From an uncultured Candidatus Saccharibacteria bacterium (GTDB lineage: Bacteria; Patescibacteriota; Minisyncoccia; Phycocordibacterales; Zambryskibacteraceae), in NCBI GenBank assembly GCA_964446535.1, contig CAYUOR010000001.1, positions 71,283 through 135,282 on the forward strand: a DNA stretch of 64,000 nucleotides. The letters are read 5' to 3'. The position numbers and the translations under genes were made by a program. Of the stretch, positions 1 through 10,861 are shown piece by piece; within the stretch, counting starts at the first letter, position 1, and each line of letters opens with the position of its first letter. Under the pieces are notes generated by a model. That model worked only from the letters and a program-made list of their open reading frames with translations, ran no database searches and had not been told where the DNA came from.

Positions 1-161
1 TCATTCTGTGGCGCATATGAAAATTACCCGACTCGTCTCGGGAAAGAGCCGGTTTAGAGAGCGCGTGGTGCGAGCGTCGATTTCTCGTATGCGCCCGCGT
101 GTGTCTCATTCGTACTACCATCCCCCCACTATATCAAAAAAGCCCTTAAAAGAAAAGCGTT

Positions 162-755
162 TCAGCGTTTTGAAAGTTTTAATTTTCCGAGAAAGCTTGT
201 CCTATGAATGGCGGTTGGACCGTACTTTTGAATAGCCTTGCGATGAACTAGTGTGCCGTAACCCTTATTAATATCAAAATCATACTCTGGAAATTTTTTT
301 GAGAGTGAAATCATTTTTCTATCGCGGGTTACCTTAGCGACAATTGACGCCAGAGACACTATCGGCACCTTTTCATCTCCTCTTACGATTGTGCGTTGGT
401 GGCCAAACTCATGCGGGGCAAATATTCCTCCGTCAAGAAAAATTTGAGCGCTGGCTGGAATGTTAAGAGACCTAAGAGCACGTTTTATACCGAGCTTTAC
501 GGCGAAACTTATACCGTGGCGATCGATAACCTTTTCCGAAACAAGCGAAACGGCGAAATTAAGAACGCCCTTCTTTTTCGCTTCAAGCGCCAACGCATAC
601 CAGAGTTCTCGTTCGATCTCTGTGAGTTTTTTTGAATCCTTTATGCTTTTAAAAAAATTTTTATTGAAACCGTCCGATATTGAAACAACACCTACCGCAA
701 CTGGACCCGCCAGGGGTCCCCGACCGGCCTCATCTATTCCGACGGTGTAGCTCAT
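162..755 (-). CDS. rnhB: Ribonuclease HII
   Basis: 197 aa; N-terminal 'VGIDEAGRGPLAGPV' RNase HII active-site motif; ends in TGA (standard code). Confidence 0.85.
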   Translation of the reverse strand: MSYTVGIDEAGRGPLAGPVAVGVVSISDGFNKNFFKSIKDSKKLTEIERELWYALALEAKKKGVLNFAVSLVSEKVIDRHGISFAVKLGIKRALRSLNIPASAQIFLDGGIFAPHEFGHQRTIVRGDEKVPIVSLASIVAKVTRDRKMISLSKKFPEYDFDINKGYGTLVHRKAIQKYGPTAIHRTSFLGKLKLSKR

Positions 756-790
756 GCGTCACCGAGAATTATACTATAATTGACAAGACT

Positions 791-3700
791 ATGCGGAAAT
801 TTATTCATCTCCACACACACAGCCACTACTCCCTCCTTGAAGCTCTGCCAAAAATTCCGGATTTGGTGAAAAAGGCAAGTCTCTCCGGGATGGACGCCCT
901 TGCCTTGACCGATTCTGGAAATCTATATGGGGCAATAGAATTTTATAAGGAGTGCAGTAAAGAGAACATAAAACCGATAATCGGAGTTGATTTTTATGTT
1001 GCTGGACGAACAAGGCACGACAAGGAGGCGCGTATTGACAGTGAGCGTAGCCGATTGGTCCTTCTGGCGGAAAATAACCAGGGTTATAAAAATCTTTTAA
1101 AGCTTGTAACGGATTCTTACCTCGAAGGATTCTACTATAAGCCGAGAATTGACCGAGAACTTATAGAAAAATACCGCGAAGGATTAATCGCCATACTGCC
1201 GGCAGCGACAAGAAATGGTGCTGAAGAGTGGGCAAAATATTATTCGGAAGTTTTTGGTAAAGATAAGTTTTTTGTCGAAATTACACATCACCCGGAAGTG
1301 CGGGGACACGAAAATGCCATGAAAGATAGGGTGGCTTTCACCAAAAAACACGGGTTATCGATGGTTGCGGCACATGATGTTTATTACCTTGAACCGGAAG
1401 AGCGCCCCGTGCGGGACACGATTCTTTCGATACAGGGACACCTTGTCGGGAGTGGAGACAACGGAGCATTTGGCGATGAAGAAGAGGACTTTTCTTTTAT
1501 ATCCGAGGACACGGCTCTCAAATACTTTAAGGATTTGCCGGAAGCTCTTGAAAACAGTGTCAAGATAGCCGAGCGGTGCAACGTTACCCTAGAATTAGGC
1601 CGATGGATTTTTCCACACTTTATCGTGGAGAGCGGGCGCTCGTTCGACGAAGAGCTTCGCCATCTGGTTTATGAGGGGTTTAAAAAAAGAGGAATTGAAA
1701 AGAAAAAAGATATAGAGAAAAGGGTGGAATATGAATTAAAAATTATAAAGGATAAAAAGTTTTCACCATATTTTCTGATCGTTAGCGACCTGATTCGTCA
1801 TGCGCGAGAGAACGGCATTCTTGCCAATATTCGTGGTTCGGTTATGGGTTCTATGGTGACGTATCTCTCGGGCATCACAAACGTCAACCCGCTAGAATAC
1901 AATCTGACTTTTGAGCGTTTCCTCAATCCAGACCGTCCGTCAGCTCCCGATATAGACATGGATTTCGCGGATAATCGCCGTGACGAAATGATTGAATATG
2001 TTAAGGGCAAATATGGCGTGAATAGAGTGGCACAAATCGGAACCTTCGGGACGATGATGGCTCGTGGTGCTGTTCGTGATATCGCGCGTGCTTTGGGCTT
2101 CTCCTACACTGCCGGCGACCGCATAGCGAAACTCATACCATTCGGAGCCCAGGGTTTCCCTATGACGCTTGATCGCGCTATGGAAGAAAATCCGGATCTT
2201 AAAAAGCTCTATGAGGAAGACACGGAAGTAAAAACCATTATAGATATGGCGAAAAAAATTGAAGGCAACGCTCGCCACATTTCTGTTCACGCGGCTGGTG
2301 TTGTTATCGCACCGGAAGATCTAACAAATTACACTCCCCTGCAATACGATACCAAGGGAGAGAAGAAAGTTATCACTCAGTACGATATGTACTCTATCAC
2401 CGACGAGTACGGTGGGGTGGGTCTTCTTAAATTCGATTTTCTTGGCTTAAGAAATCTCTCAATTATTGCTGACGCAATAGAGCGCATAAAAAAAATTGAA
2501 AATATTGAGGTAGATATCGAGCGCATACCTCTGGATGATAAAAAGACTTTTGAGATGCTTGCTCGTGGAGAAACGGAAGGCACCTTTCAGCTCAACGGCA
2601 ACGCCATGACCAAGTTTCTGATGGATCTGAAACCGACAACCGTCCACGACATTCACGCCATGGTTGCGCTTTATCGCCCGGGACCAATGCAGTTTATTCC
2701 CCTCTTCATAGAAAGAAAACATGATCCAAAAAAGGTTAGCTACCCCGATCCGGCACTCAAACCTATACTTGAACGAACGTATGGCGTCTTGGTCTATCAG
2801 GATGACCTTCTCTCAATCGCCCACAACATCGCCGGATACTCGTGGGGAGAAGTGGACAAATTCCGTAAGGCCGTCGGCAAAAAAATTCCGGCAGAGATGG
2901 CAGCCCAAAAGGAAAAATTCGTACATGGATGCATTGAGCATTCAAAGTGGCCAGAAAAGAAGGCCCGCGCTCTCTGGGATTGGATTGAGCCCTTCGCGGC
3001 TTACGGCTTCAATAAAGCCCATTCGGTTTCTTACGGTCATGTCGCTTATCAGACCGCCTGGCTTAAAGCGAACTTCCCGGAAATTTATATGTCAGCGGTT
3101 TTAACAGCTGAATCCGGAGATGTCGACAAAATCGGCATCATGATAAACGAATGCAAGCGCATGGGAATCGAGGTGCTCCCGCCATCCGTCAATGAAAGTT
3201 TTTCCCAATTTACTGTGGTTAATGAAAAACCCTATAAAATAAGATTCGGTCTTACCACCATAAAAAATTTTGGCGACGGCATATCAAGTTCGATTACTGC
3301 CGAGAGAAAGCGTGGCGGCAAATTCAAAAACTTGGCTGATTTTCTAGATAGAATCAAAGACAAAAACCTTAATAAAAAATCTCTAGAATCTCTAATCAAA
3401 TGCGGGGCACTAGACGAATTCGACGAACGTGGCAAGCTCTTCGCGAATCTAGAGAGCCTTCTTGAATATCATCGAGAAAGAATGGGTACACCCAAGAACC
3501 AAAGTTCACTTTTCGGGCTTATGTCGGAAAGTGCTTCTCTGCCGGCACTCAGACTGCAAGATTCTCCCCCAGCGTCGCAAAAAGACAGGCTTTTCTGGGA
3601 AAAAGAACTTTTGGGTCTCTATATTTCGGGTCACCCTCTTGAGAGCCACAAGGACAAGCTTTTATCGGTTAAAACGAGTATCAATAAACTCCAAGAATTG

Positions 3701-3952
3701 CGAGAAGGCAGTGAGGCCGTTATCGCCGGTATCGTCGAGAATGCTAGAGATGTATTAACTAAAAGAAATGAGCGTATGGTGTTCATGAAACTTGCCGATC
3801 TCTCTGGTGCTACGGAAGTCGCGATCTTTCCCAAAGTGCTTTCTGATTTTCGTGAATTCGTACAGCAAGACGCCTGCATCGCCATCAAAGGTCGAGTGTC
3901 CAAACGTCGAGGCGAAACCTCATTCATTGCCGAAAAGATTAAGGCCTTGTAG
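791..3952 (+). CDS. dnaE: DNA polymerase III alpha subunit
   Basis: PHP domain 'HLHTHSHYSLL', polymerase core motifs ('FNKAHSVSYG'), OB-fold C-terminus; ATG at 791 chosen (ORF-track start 680 would overlap divergent rnhB). Confidence 0.9.
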   Translation: MRKFIHLHTHSHYSLLEALPKIPDLVKKASLSGMDALALTDSGNLYGAIEFYKECSKENIKPIIGVDFYVAGRTRHDKEARIDSERSRLVLLAENNQGYKNLLKLVTDSYLEGFYYKPRIDRELIEKYREGLIAILPAATRNGAEEWAKYYSEVFGKDKFFVEITHHPEVRGHENAMKDRVAFTKKHGLSMVAAHDVYYLEPEERPVRDTILSIQGHLVGSGDNGAFGDEEEDFSFISEDTALKYFKDLPEALENSVKIAERCNVTLELGRWIFPHFIVESGRSFDEELRHLVYEGFKKRGIEKKKDIEKRVEYELKIIKDKKFSPYFLIVSDLIRHARENGILANIRGSVMGSMVTYLSGITNVNPLEYNLTFERFLNPDRPSAPDIDMDFADNRRDEMIEYVKGKYGVNRVAQIGTFGTMMARGAVRDIARALGFSYTAGDRIAKLIPFGAQGFPMTLDRAMEENPDLKKLYEEDTEVKTIIDMAKKIEGNARHISVHAAGVVIAPEDLTNYTPLQYDTKGEKKVITQYDMYSITDEYGGVGLLKFDFLGLRNLSIIADAIERIKKIENIEVDIERIPLDDKKTFEMLARGETEGTFQLNGNAMTKFLMDLKPTTVHDIHAMVALYRPGPMQFIPLFIERKHDPKKVSYPDPALKPILERTYGVLVYQDDLLSIAHNIAGYSWGEVDKFRKAVGKKIPAEMAAQKEKFVHGCIEHSKWPEKKARALWDWIEPFAAYGFNKAHSVSYGHVAYQTAWLKANFPEIYMSAVLTAESGDVDKIGIMINECKRMGIEVLPPSVNESFSQFTVVNEKPYKIRFGLTTIKNFGDGISSSITAERKRGGKFKNLADFLDRIKDKNLNKKSLESLIKCGALDEFDERGKLFANLESLLEYHRERMGTPKNQSSLFGLMSESASLPALRLQDSPPASQKDRLFWEKELLGLYISGHPLESHKDKLLSVKTSINKLQELREGSEAVIAGIVENARDVLTKRNERMVFMKLADLSGATEVAIFPKVLSDFREFVQQDACIAIKGRVSKRRGETSFIAEKIKAL

Positions 3953-3962
3953 GATTAAGCGC

Positions 3963-5186
3963 ATGGAAAGAGACCACAAAAAACTCGGAAAAGAACTTGG
4001 ACTTTTTTACATAGATGAAACTGTTGGTAAGGGTCTGCCTATGCTTTTGGCAAAAGGGGCGGTTATCCGCCGAGAACTAGAGCGTTTTATCGTCGATGAG
4101 GAGATAAGGAGGGGCTACAACCACGTATATACTCCAGACCTAGCGCGACTTGAGTTATATAAAAAATCAGGACACTTCCCCCACTACCGAGACTCTATGT
4201 ACGCTCCGATAAAGATAGATGATGAAGAATTTATGCTCCGCCCCATGACTTGTCCGCACCATTTTCAACTTTATCTCTCAAAACCGCATAGTTACAGAGA
4301 GCTTCCTATGCGTATAGCCGAGGTGGCAAAACTATACAGATATGAACAATCCGGAGAACTTATGGGATTGCAGAGAGTGCGTACTTTCTGTTTATCAGAT
4401 GCACACATCATTTGTGCTTCGGAGGAGGAGGCTGTCGAAGAAATGGGCGGAGCACTTGATTTAATAGAATACGCGAACGGGAAGCTTGGTCTTAAGTTTG
4501 GTATCGATTATCGCTATCGCCTTTCCCTCGGAGATAAAAAAAATACGGAAAAATACTATAAAGACGATCAAGGTTGGGAAAAAGCGGAAGATCTATTAAG
4601 AAAACTTATGAAAAAGCGTGGGGTTGAATTTGAGGAAGCAAAGAATGAGGCTGCTTTCTATGGTCCGAAAATAGATATTCAGATGAAAAATGCGAATGGT
4701 AAAGAAGACACCGCCTTTACCGTACAATACGACCTTTGCATGCCTGAAAGATTCAACCTTACCTATATTGGAGAAGATGGCAAAGAGCACCGCGCTTTTG
4801 TGGTTCATCGCTCCTCCATAGGTGCCATAGAGCGAATAATGGCTTTTCTTATAGAAAAACATGCTGGTAACTTCCCTCTTTGGCTTTCTCCGGTGCAAGT
4901 AAAAATTTTACCCATAGGAGAAACTCATATTAAGTTTGCCGAAGAAGTCCTAAAAAAGCTTAAACAAAATGACCTTAGAGCCGAGCTGGATAACTCCGGA
5001 GAAAGTCTGGCAAAAAAAGTAAGAGAGGCGAAGGTGGAAAAGGTTCCCTATATAGCTGTTATCGGAGATAAGGAGCTCACAGAAGAAAAAATCACGCTTG
5101 AGAGTAGGGATGGTGGGAAAATAGGAAGTTTGGATATAGAAAATCTAATTACGCGACTAAAGGAGGAGATCAGCAACAGAACCTAA
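3963..5186 (+). CDS. thrS: Threonyl-tRNA synthetase, short form lacking N-terminal TGS/editing domains
   Basis: class II catalytic core ('[18 protein letters not shown]', '[10 protein letters not shown]') plus C-terminal anticodon-binding domain; internal ATG 3963 used instead of track start 3792, which overlaps dnaE. Confidence 0.8.
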   Translation: MERDHKKLGKELGLFYIDETVGKGLPMLLAKGAVIRRELERFIVDEEIRRGYNHVYTPDLARLELYKKSGHFPHYRDSMYAPIKIDDEEFMLRPMTCPHHFQLYLSKPHSYRELPMRIAEVAKLYRYEQSGELMGLQRVRTFCLSDAHIICASEEEAVEEMGGALDLIEYANGKLGLKFGIDYRYRLSLGDKKNTEKYYKDDQGWEKAEDLLRKLMKKRGVEFEEAKNEAAFYGPKIDIQMKNANGKEDTAFTVQYDLCMPERFNLTYIGEDGKEHRAFVVHRSSIGAIERIMAFLIEKHAGNFPLWLSPVQVKILPIGETHIKFAEEVLKKLKQNDLRAELDNSGESLAKKVREAKVEKVPYIAVIGDKELTEEKITLESRDGGKIGSLDIENLITRLKEEISNRT

Positions 5187-6541
5187 CTTTTAGGTTTCAG
5201 AGTCGGAAAGAGTATGACTTCTTTTATGTTTTTGGTATCTGTAAGAAGCATTACTAGGCGGTCTATACCGATACCGATACCGCCGTTTGGTGGCATACCG
5301 TATTCCATGGCCTCCAGGTAATCAAGGTCTGAAGGAGAAATTTCTTTTTTGCCTTTCTGACCCTTTTTATCTTCTTCCAAATATCTTTCTTTTTGATCAA
5401 GAGGATTGTTGAGTTCAGAGAAGGCGTTGACCAATTCAAGCCCACCGGCAACCAGCTGAAACCTGTCTATAAGCTCTGGGTTGTCTTTTATACGTTTAGC
5501 AAACGGATTGTGTGAAAGAGGGTAATCAATAAGAAAGGTCGGCTGAATAAGTTTGGGACGGAGTTCTTTCTTATATTCTTCATCCGAAATATTCGGGTAT
5601 TTCATTACTTTGAAACTTTTACCGAAATCAATTTCTTCCCCCTGATATTTGAATTTGGTCTTGCCAAACATCTCCTCGGCTAAAAACTTGAAAAGTTTTT
5701 CTATAAACACGCGCTGGCTTTTGGCGTCGGCGTAAGCCTCGTTTGATTCAAGCATCGTGAACTCGGGGTTGTGCGAAGTATCTATTCCCTCGTTTCGAAA
5801 GCGCTTACCTAACTCAAAGACCTTATTCATGCCACCGACAATAAGTTTTTTAAGATAAAGTTCCTGCGCCACGGGTAAATAAAAATCCATATCCAGAGCA
5901 TTATGATGCGTCTTAAATGGCTCAGCGGTGGCCCCACCGGCTAGGGGCTGAAGGTTCGGCAATTCAACTTCAACAAACCCCGCTTCAAGGTAAAACTGCC
6001 TGATTAGCGCAATAATCTTCGCCCTCGCTATAAATCTCTCTTTAACCTCTGGATTTGAAAGCAGGTCAAGATAGCGTTTTCTAAAACGTTCTTCCACGTC
6101 TTGTAAGCCGTGCCATTTTTCCGGCATGGGTAACAGAGACTTTGCGAGCATTCTTATTTCTTCCACCAGGATTGTTTTTTCGTTCTTTTTGGTAAGAAAG
6201 AGTGTGCCTTTTACTTCTACAAAATCTCCTATATCAAAATTTTTTTCAAAAAATTCATATTGAGGAGTGGGGATGGGTTCACCACTCTTGAGCAGAGCCT
6301 GGAATCTGGCAGTTCCGTCGTCGAAATTAAAAAAAGTGATTTTGCCCTGCGCACGTAAGGAAACTATTCTTCCGACCATAAACAAACTCTTACCTGCCTT
6401 TGAGAGTTTGGTGAATTCTTTTACGGCCTCTGAGCAGGTAAGATCAATAGAACTTTCCGCAGGATACGGGTCGACTCCGCTCTCGATTAGAGCCTTGAGC
6501 TTCGAGAGTCTTGCTTGCTTTATATCTTCTAAAGACGCCAT
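5183..6541 (-). CDS. lysS: Lysyl-tRNA synthetase, class II
   Basis: N-terminal OB anticodon-binding domain and class II motifs ('FRNEGID', '[12 protein letters not shown]'). Confidence 0.9.
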   Translation of the reverse strand: MASLEDIKQARLSKLKALIESGVDPYPAESSIDLTCSEAVKEFTKLSKAGKSLFMVGRIVSLRAQGKITFFNFDDGTARFQALLKSGEPIPTPQYEFFEKNFDIGDFVEVKGTLFLTKKNEKTILVEEIRMLAKSLLPMPEKWHGLQDVEERFRKRYLDLLSNPEVKERFIARAKIIALIRQFYLEAGFVEVELPNLQPLAGGATAEPFKTHHNALDMDFYLPVAQELYLKKLIVGGMNKVFELGKRFRNEGIDTSHNPEFTMLESNEAYADAKSQRVFIEKLFKFLAEEMFGKTKFKYQGEEIDFGKSFKVMKYPNISDEEYKKELRPKLIQPTFLIDYPLSHNPFAKRIKDNPELIDRFQLVAGGLELVNAFSELNNPLDQKERYLEEDKKGQKGKKEISPSDLDYLEAMEYGMPPNGGIGIGIDRLVMLLTDTKNIKEVILFPTLKPKS

Positions 6542-7008
6542 TACTTAATGTCTATAATCTTATACGACATCATACCATTCGGCGTATCGAATGAGAAAGA
6601 TTCGCCTTTAGTTTTACCCATAGCCGCTATCCCCAGAGGCGAGCGGATTGATATTTTGCCTTGGCTCGCATCGGCTTCTTCAGAACCAACCATGGTGTAT
6701 GATTTCTTTGTTTTATCTTTGTCCTTTTCTACGGTAATAATAGAGCCAACGGCCACCACATTAACGCCGTGGGTAGAAATAATTTTCGCTGATTTTAGAA
6801 TAGACTCAAGACGGCTGATACGATCCTCGAGAACCGCCTGGCTGTCGCGAGCTTCTTGATATTCCTGGTTCTCGGAGAAGTCGCCCAGAGATTTCGCATA
6901 CTCTAGAGCTTCGGCTACTTCCTTTCTCTTAACAGTTTTTAAATTTTCAAGTTCTTTTTTAAATTCTTCGAATTTTTCTTTGGTCAGGTATTCTTGGTCG
7001 TTCTTCAT
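6541..7008 (-). CDS. greA: Transcription elongation factor GreA
   Basis: 155 aa; coiled-coil N-terminus '[18 protein letters not shown]', FKBP-like C-terminus. Confidence 0.85.
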   Translation of the reverse strand: MKNDQEYLTKEKFEEFKKELENLKTVKRKEVAEALEYAKSLGDFSENQEYQEARDSQAVLEDRISRLESILKSAKIISTHGVNVVAVGSIITVEKDKDKTKKSYTMVGSEEADASQGKISIRSPLGIAAMGKTKGESFSFDTPNGMMSYKIIDIK

Positions 7009-7056
7009 AAGTTTTAAAATTAGCGAGAGATATCATATCTCAAGATCGAAACAAAA

Positions 7057-8793
7057 TCAATTTTCTCGGCTGGCAGTCAAATATTCTGGAGCGTTTGTGG
7101 CCATCCAATCAAACAATTGTCTCATAACAAAAGTGGCGCCAACGGTGTTTGAACTCGGTCCCTTTTCCATAACTGTAGCCCAGGCATATTGAGGATTATC
7201 AAATGGGAAAAACCCGACGGACCAGGAGTTGACATAAAGCTTACTGGATCCGACTTCCGCAGTACCTGTTTTTGCGGCGATTTTTACATACGGAACATTT
7301 AGGCCGACCGAGGTGCCGTAACTTACTGCTTCTCTCATACCCTCGCGTACTATCTGCCAGTCCTCTGCATTAAAGTTAAGTGCACGAACTATAGAATCAG
7401 AAGTGCCGCCAACCGTTAGAGACGGTTTTAAAATTAAGCCCCCGTTCGCGAAGGCGGCTATATAGCGCGCCATGTTAAGCGGTGTCGCCTGGGTGCCGTA
7501 CTGGCCGATTGATGTTATATAGGTGTCGCCCAGACGCCACGGCTCATTATTAAACCTTTCCTTTTTCCACTCTGGAGTTGGTATCACCCCCTCAAGTTCG
7601 CCTCCGAGGTTTATGCCAGTCAATTCCGCAAGGCCGAATAATTTAAAATATTTGTCGAGAGCGGTAATACCTAGACCCTTTTGGTTGCCAAAACCGCCGC
7701 CGATGTAATAAAAATAAGTATCCGAGGAAACTGCCAGAGCTCGCCTCATATCGGTCCAACCATGTGCTTTCCAATCTTTAAAAATTGAGGGTTTTGCCGG
7801 ATCGTAAGGATTCTCGACAACTATGGAGCCTGTGCTCTGTATTTCTTTATCTGGAGAGATAATACCTTCATTCAGGGCGGCAAGGGCCACGATAGGTTTA
7901 ATGATAGAGCCGGGAGTATAAAGCCCGCCGACAGCGCGATTAAGAAACGGCTTACTGGCGCTAGATAGCCAGTTATCGATAGTGGCGCGATCGGAACCAT
8001 CGGTTAAAACATTTGAATCGTATTCCGGATAACTTGTTAGTGCGATAACTTCCCCAGTCTTTATGTCTAAAATGACCCCTGCCCCACCGGTAAAGCCTTT
8101 GTCGAGAGCCAGGGCTTCAATGGATTTATACAGCACTTTAGAAAGACGGGAGTCGATTGAAAGTACAAGTTCGGCCCCATCAATTGGTCTACGTACGATG
8201 GCCTCGGAGGTAATGTTGCCAACTGCGTCTATCTCTCTTAACCTTAGTCCGTTCGTGCCTCTTAGAGACTCGTCGAAACTCCGTTCAACTCCGTCTTGAC
8301 CGCGATAATTCTCTTCATAGTAAAATCCGGATCTGTCGGCTAAAGGATATTTAACATAGCCAACCACATGGGCTATACCAGGAATATCGGCATAAACACG
8401 ACCGGCAAAGTCATCATTTTCCTCACGGAGCTCGTTTGTAGCCAGTTCAACCATGTTCCTGTCGTAAATTAAGCCTCTGTTTGAGAAAATTATTGTCTGC
8501 TCCAGGCGGTTGTTGTCAGAAATTTCGGCGTAAATTTCTCCATTTATTACTCCAAGAGACCAGAGTTTGAAGCCAAGACCGAAAACAAGTATTACCGAAA
8601 CAATCTTAACTACTAAAAAAGTTTTGGCTCCTACCGGCATTTCTATCCTGCCCTCAAAGCGAGTTTCGTCGAATCCAGGGAGATTTGCGGAGTCAAGAAA
8701 GACATCTTCTGGGTTTATGTCCTGATACTTGGCGCCGGAGTGCCAAGTCGGGTTAAGTTTCTTTCTTATTAATCGTATGAATCTTTTAAGCAT
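7057..8793 (-). CDS. mrdA: Penicillin-binding protein 2 (peptidoglycan D,D-transpeptidase)
   Basis: N-terminal TM, dimerisation domain, transpeptidase motifs SIIK (SxxK) and KTGTAEV (KTG); sits downstream of mreBCD. Confidence 0.8.
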   Translation of the reverse strand: MLKRFIRLIRKKLNPTWHSGAKYQDINPEDVFLDSANLPGFDETRFEGRIEMPVGAKTFLVVKIVSVILVFGLGFKLWSLGVINGEIYAEISDNNRLEQTIIFSNRGLIYDRNMVELATNELREENDDFAGRVYADIPGIAHVVGYVKYPLADRSGFYYEENYRGQDGVERSFDESLRGTNGLRLREIDAVGNITSEAIVRRPIDGAELVLSIDSRLSKVLYKSIEALALDKGFTGGAGVILDIKTGEVIALTSYPEYDSNVLTDGSDRATIDNWLSSASKPFLNRAVGGLYTPGSIIKPIVALAALNEGIISPDKEIQSTGSIVVENPYDPAKPSIFKDWKAHGWTDMRRALAVSSDTYFYYIGGGFGNQKGLGITALDKYFKLFGLAELTGINLGGELEGVIPTPEWKKERFNNEPWRLGDTYITSIGQYGTQATPLNMARYIAAFANGGLILKPSLTVGGTSDSIVRALNFNAEDWQIVREGMREAVSYGTSVGLNVPYVKIAAKTGTAEVGSSKLYVNSWSVGFFPFDNPQYAWATVMEKGPSSNTVGATFVMRQLFDWMATNAPEYLTASREN

Positions 8794-9049
8794 GATATCT
8801 TAGTCTTTCTCTAAGTGGTATAAAAACTATGGCTACAATAAGCGCGTAAAAACCAAGTGACGAGAAGATCGCGCCAAGATTTTCAAAAGCCCCACCATAA
8901 AGCGCGTCGGAGAGAAGGGCGAAAATAATACCCTCCCAATAAATTGGAAAAAGGGCTATGGCAATAAAAAGCAGGGGCAAATACACCCAGTACGGCAAAA
9001 ACAAGACTGACAAAAATAAAACCAGAGAAGTGATAATTCTCTTTGTCAT
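8786..9049 (-). CDS. mreD: Rod shape-determining protein MreD-like small membrane protein
   Basis: 87 aa, polytopic hydrophobic; position between mreC and PBP2; overlaps both neighbours by a few nt. Confidence 0.4.
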   Translation of the reverse strand: MTKRIITSLVLFLSVLFLPYWVYLPLLFIAIALFPIYWEGIIFALLSDALYGGAFENLGAIFSSLGFYALIVAIVFIPLRERLRYHA

Positions 9050-9819
9050 GGTAAAACTAGAACAAACCTTATACTAAAAATATTGGCAGGACTTTTTGCC
9101 AAAACCTCTTTGAAGGAACTTGTTGGCTCATTGGCAACATCACCTACAACCGCAAGCAACCTAGAGGAGATGTTAGCAGACAAAATTCTATCGCCGACTT
9201 CAACTGCCGTATCTTGTGGCACGATAATTTTAAAATTCCCCGCACCTGTGCCAATAAGCGTGACGGCGACATTATTCCTTTCAAGAACGGCAGGTGTTTC
9301 TATTTTATCTGCGGAGAAAAGTGTTACTCTTGCTCGATTAGAAAACACTTCCGAAACATAGCCGAGCGCCACCCCTTCAGGTAAAAAGATTCTTGAACCC
9401 ACAGAAAGTGATTCGTCGGTCCCGGCATCTATTATAATCGTGTCGTATGTTGACTGGGGAGGATGGGTCAGAACCGTGGCAATAAGTTCGGTTTCCGACC
9501 CTCTTCTACCAGCAAGCTCGAGAAGTGTCTGCCTGGTTTCTGCTCCAACCGCAGACATAAGCTCCGTCTCAAGCGACAGAACCCTTTCTTTCAGCCGCGT
9601 ATTTTCGTCATGCAGTTTGCGCTGTGATTTAAAAAAAGAACTTAGATTTCCGAAGTTTTTGGTAATGGCGCTCTCCGTTCTCCAAGCAGAAGAAAATAGC
9701 GAAACGAGAGCTTCATTAAAAATGGAAAATACTGTTGCGCCCAGTACAAAAACTGTGATTAGAATAAAAATATTTTTAACGTAACTTGTGGCGTGTCTAT
9801 TTTTTGGGAGGTAGTTCAC
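9046..9819 (-). CDS. mreC: Rod shape-determining protein MreC
   Basis: N-terminal TM, coiled coil 'LHDENTRLKERVLSLETEL', beta-rich C-terminus; synteny with mreB. Confidence 0.7.
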   Translation of the reverse strand: MNYLPKNRHATSYVKNIFILITVFVLGATVFSIFNEALVSLFSSAWRTESAITKNFGNLSSFFKSQRKLHDENTRLKERVLSLETELMSAVGAETRQTLLELAGRRGSETELIATVLTHPPQSTYDTIIIDAGTDESLSVGSRIFLPEGVALGYVSEVFSNRARVTLFSADKIETPAVLERNNVAVTLIGTGAGNFKIIVPQDTAVEVGDRILSANISSRLLAVVGDVANEPTSSFKEVLAKSPANIFSIRFVLVLP

Positions 9820-10861
9820 TTTCGTTTTCTATTAGAACATCCTTAAACTTTTCCAAGTCTTCAAGGATAATACCAGCCCCGCGAGCAACCGTTGTCAGCG
9901 GATCATCAGAGACGTAAACCGGTACATTAATTTCGCTTTCAATAAGCTCCGGTAACCCCTTAACCAAGGCGCCGCCGCCCGCAAGATAAACCCCTCTTTG
10001 CATTATGTCGCTCAAAATTTCGGGTGGAGAGGATTCAAGAACTTCTTTAATTGCTTCAACGAGACTTTCCATAGACTGTGACAGGGCGTCGCGAACATCG
10101 TTGTCGGTAATGACTATTTCCTTCGGCAGACCGGTTACCAAATCACGTCCCTTAACCGCCATCTCGAGGGGGGCGTGCGTGGGCAGGACAGAGCCAATCG
10201 AAATCTTGATTGTCTCGGCTGTTTTTTCGCCTAAAAGAACTTTAAATTGATTTCTTACGTATGCGACTATGTCCGCATTGAACTTATCTCCGGCTATACG
10301 CAAATTTTTTGACCGAACGACACCGCCTAGAGAAATGACGGCAATATCGGAGGTCCCGCCGCCAATATCAATAACCATGTTGCCCGTAGGCTCGTGAATC
10401 GGCAGACGCATACCAATAGCGGCGGCCATCGGCTCTTCTACAATATGCACTTCGCCGGCGCCTGCGTTTCTCGTGGCGTCTCTTACGGCTCGAATCTCAA
10501 CATTAGTAATATTTGAAGGTACGCCGACAACGACTCTGGGACTTAGAATTTTATTAACACCACGCGTGGCTTTACCTAAGAGATAGCTAACCATTTCCTC
10601 GGTAATTTCAAAGTCAGAAATAACACCGTCAACCAGAGGTTTTATAGCAAGAATATGGCTAGGAGTACGACCCAGCATGGCACGAGCCTCACTCCCAACA
10701 GCAACTACCTGGCCGGTTTTCTGGTTAACCGCCACGACGGACGGTTCGTTAATAACTATGCCTCGACCGCGAAGGTAGACAAGGGTGTTGGCGGTGCCCA
10801 GGTCAATACCAATGTCGTGCGAGAAAAGATTCCTCCAACCCTTTTTACCAAAAAATTTCAT
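9797..10861 (-). CDS. mreB: Rod shape-determining protein MreB (actin homolog)
   Basis: 'IGIDLGTANTLVY' phosphate-1 motif, 'DIGGGTSDIAV', 'LAGGGALV' actin/Hsp70-fold signatures. Confidence 0.9.
   Translation of the reverse strand: MKFFGKKGWRNLFSHDIGIDLGTANTLVYLRGRGIVINEPSVVAVNQKTGQVVAVGSEARAMLGRTPSHILAIKPLVDGVISDFEITEEMVSYLLGKATRGVNKILSPRVVVGVPSNITNVEIRAVRDATRNAGAGEVHIVEEPMAAAIGMRLPIHEPTGNMVIDIGGGTSDIAVISLGGVVRSKNLRIAGDKFNADIVAYVRNQFKVLLGEKTAETIKISIGSVLPTHAPLEMAVKGRDLVTGLPKEIVITDNDVRDALSQSMESLVEAIKEVLESSPPEILSDIMQRGVYLAGGGALVKGLPELIESEINVPVYVSDDPLTTVARGAGIILEDLEKFKDVLIENESELPPKK

Noticed and set aside
8-235. 75-aa plus-strand ORF at the window start
   Set aside because: Overlaps the 3' end of rnhB on the opposite strand, is highly basic with low complexity, and has no motif; likely a non-coding frame
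680-790. Upstream extension of dnaE to the ORF-track start at 680
   Set aside because: It would overlap the divergent rnhB start by 76 nt; the conserved PHP domain begins right after the ATG at 791
3792-3962. Upstream extension of thrS (ORF-track start 3792)
   Set aside because: It overlaps the dnaE C-terminus by 160 nt, and the extra 57 aa are basic and low-complexity with no TGS or editing-domain motif; the internal ATG 3963 follows the dnaE stop
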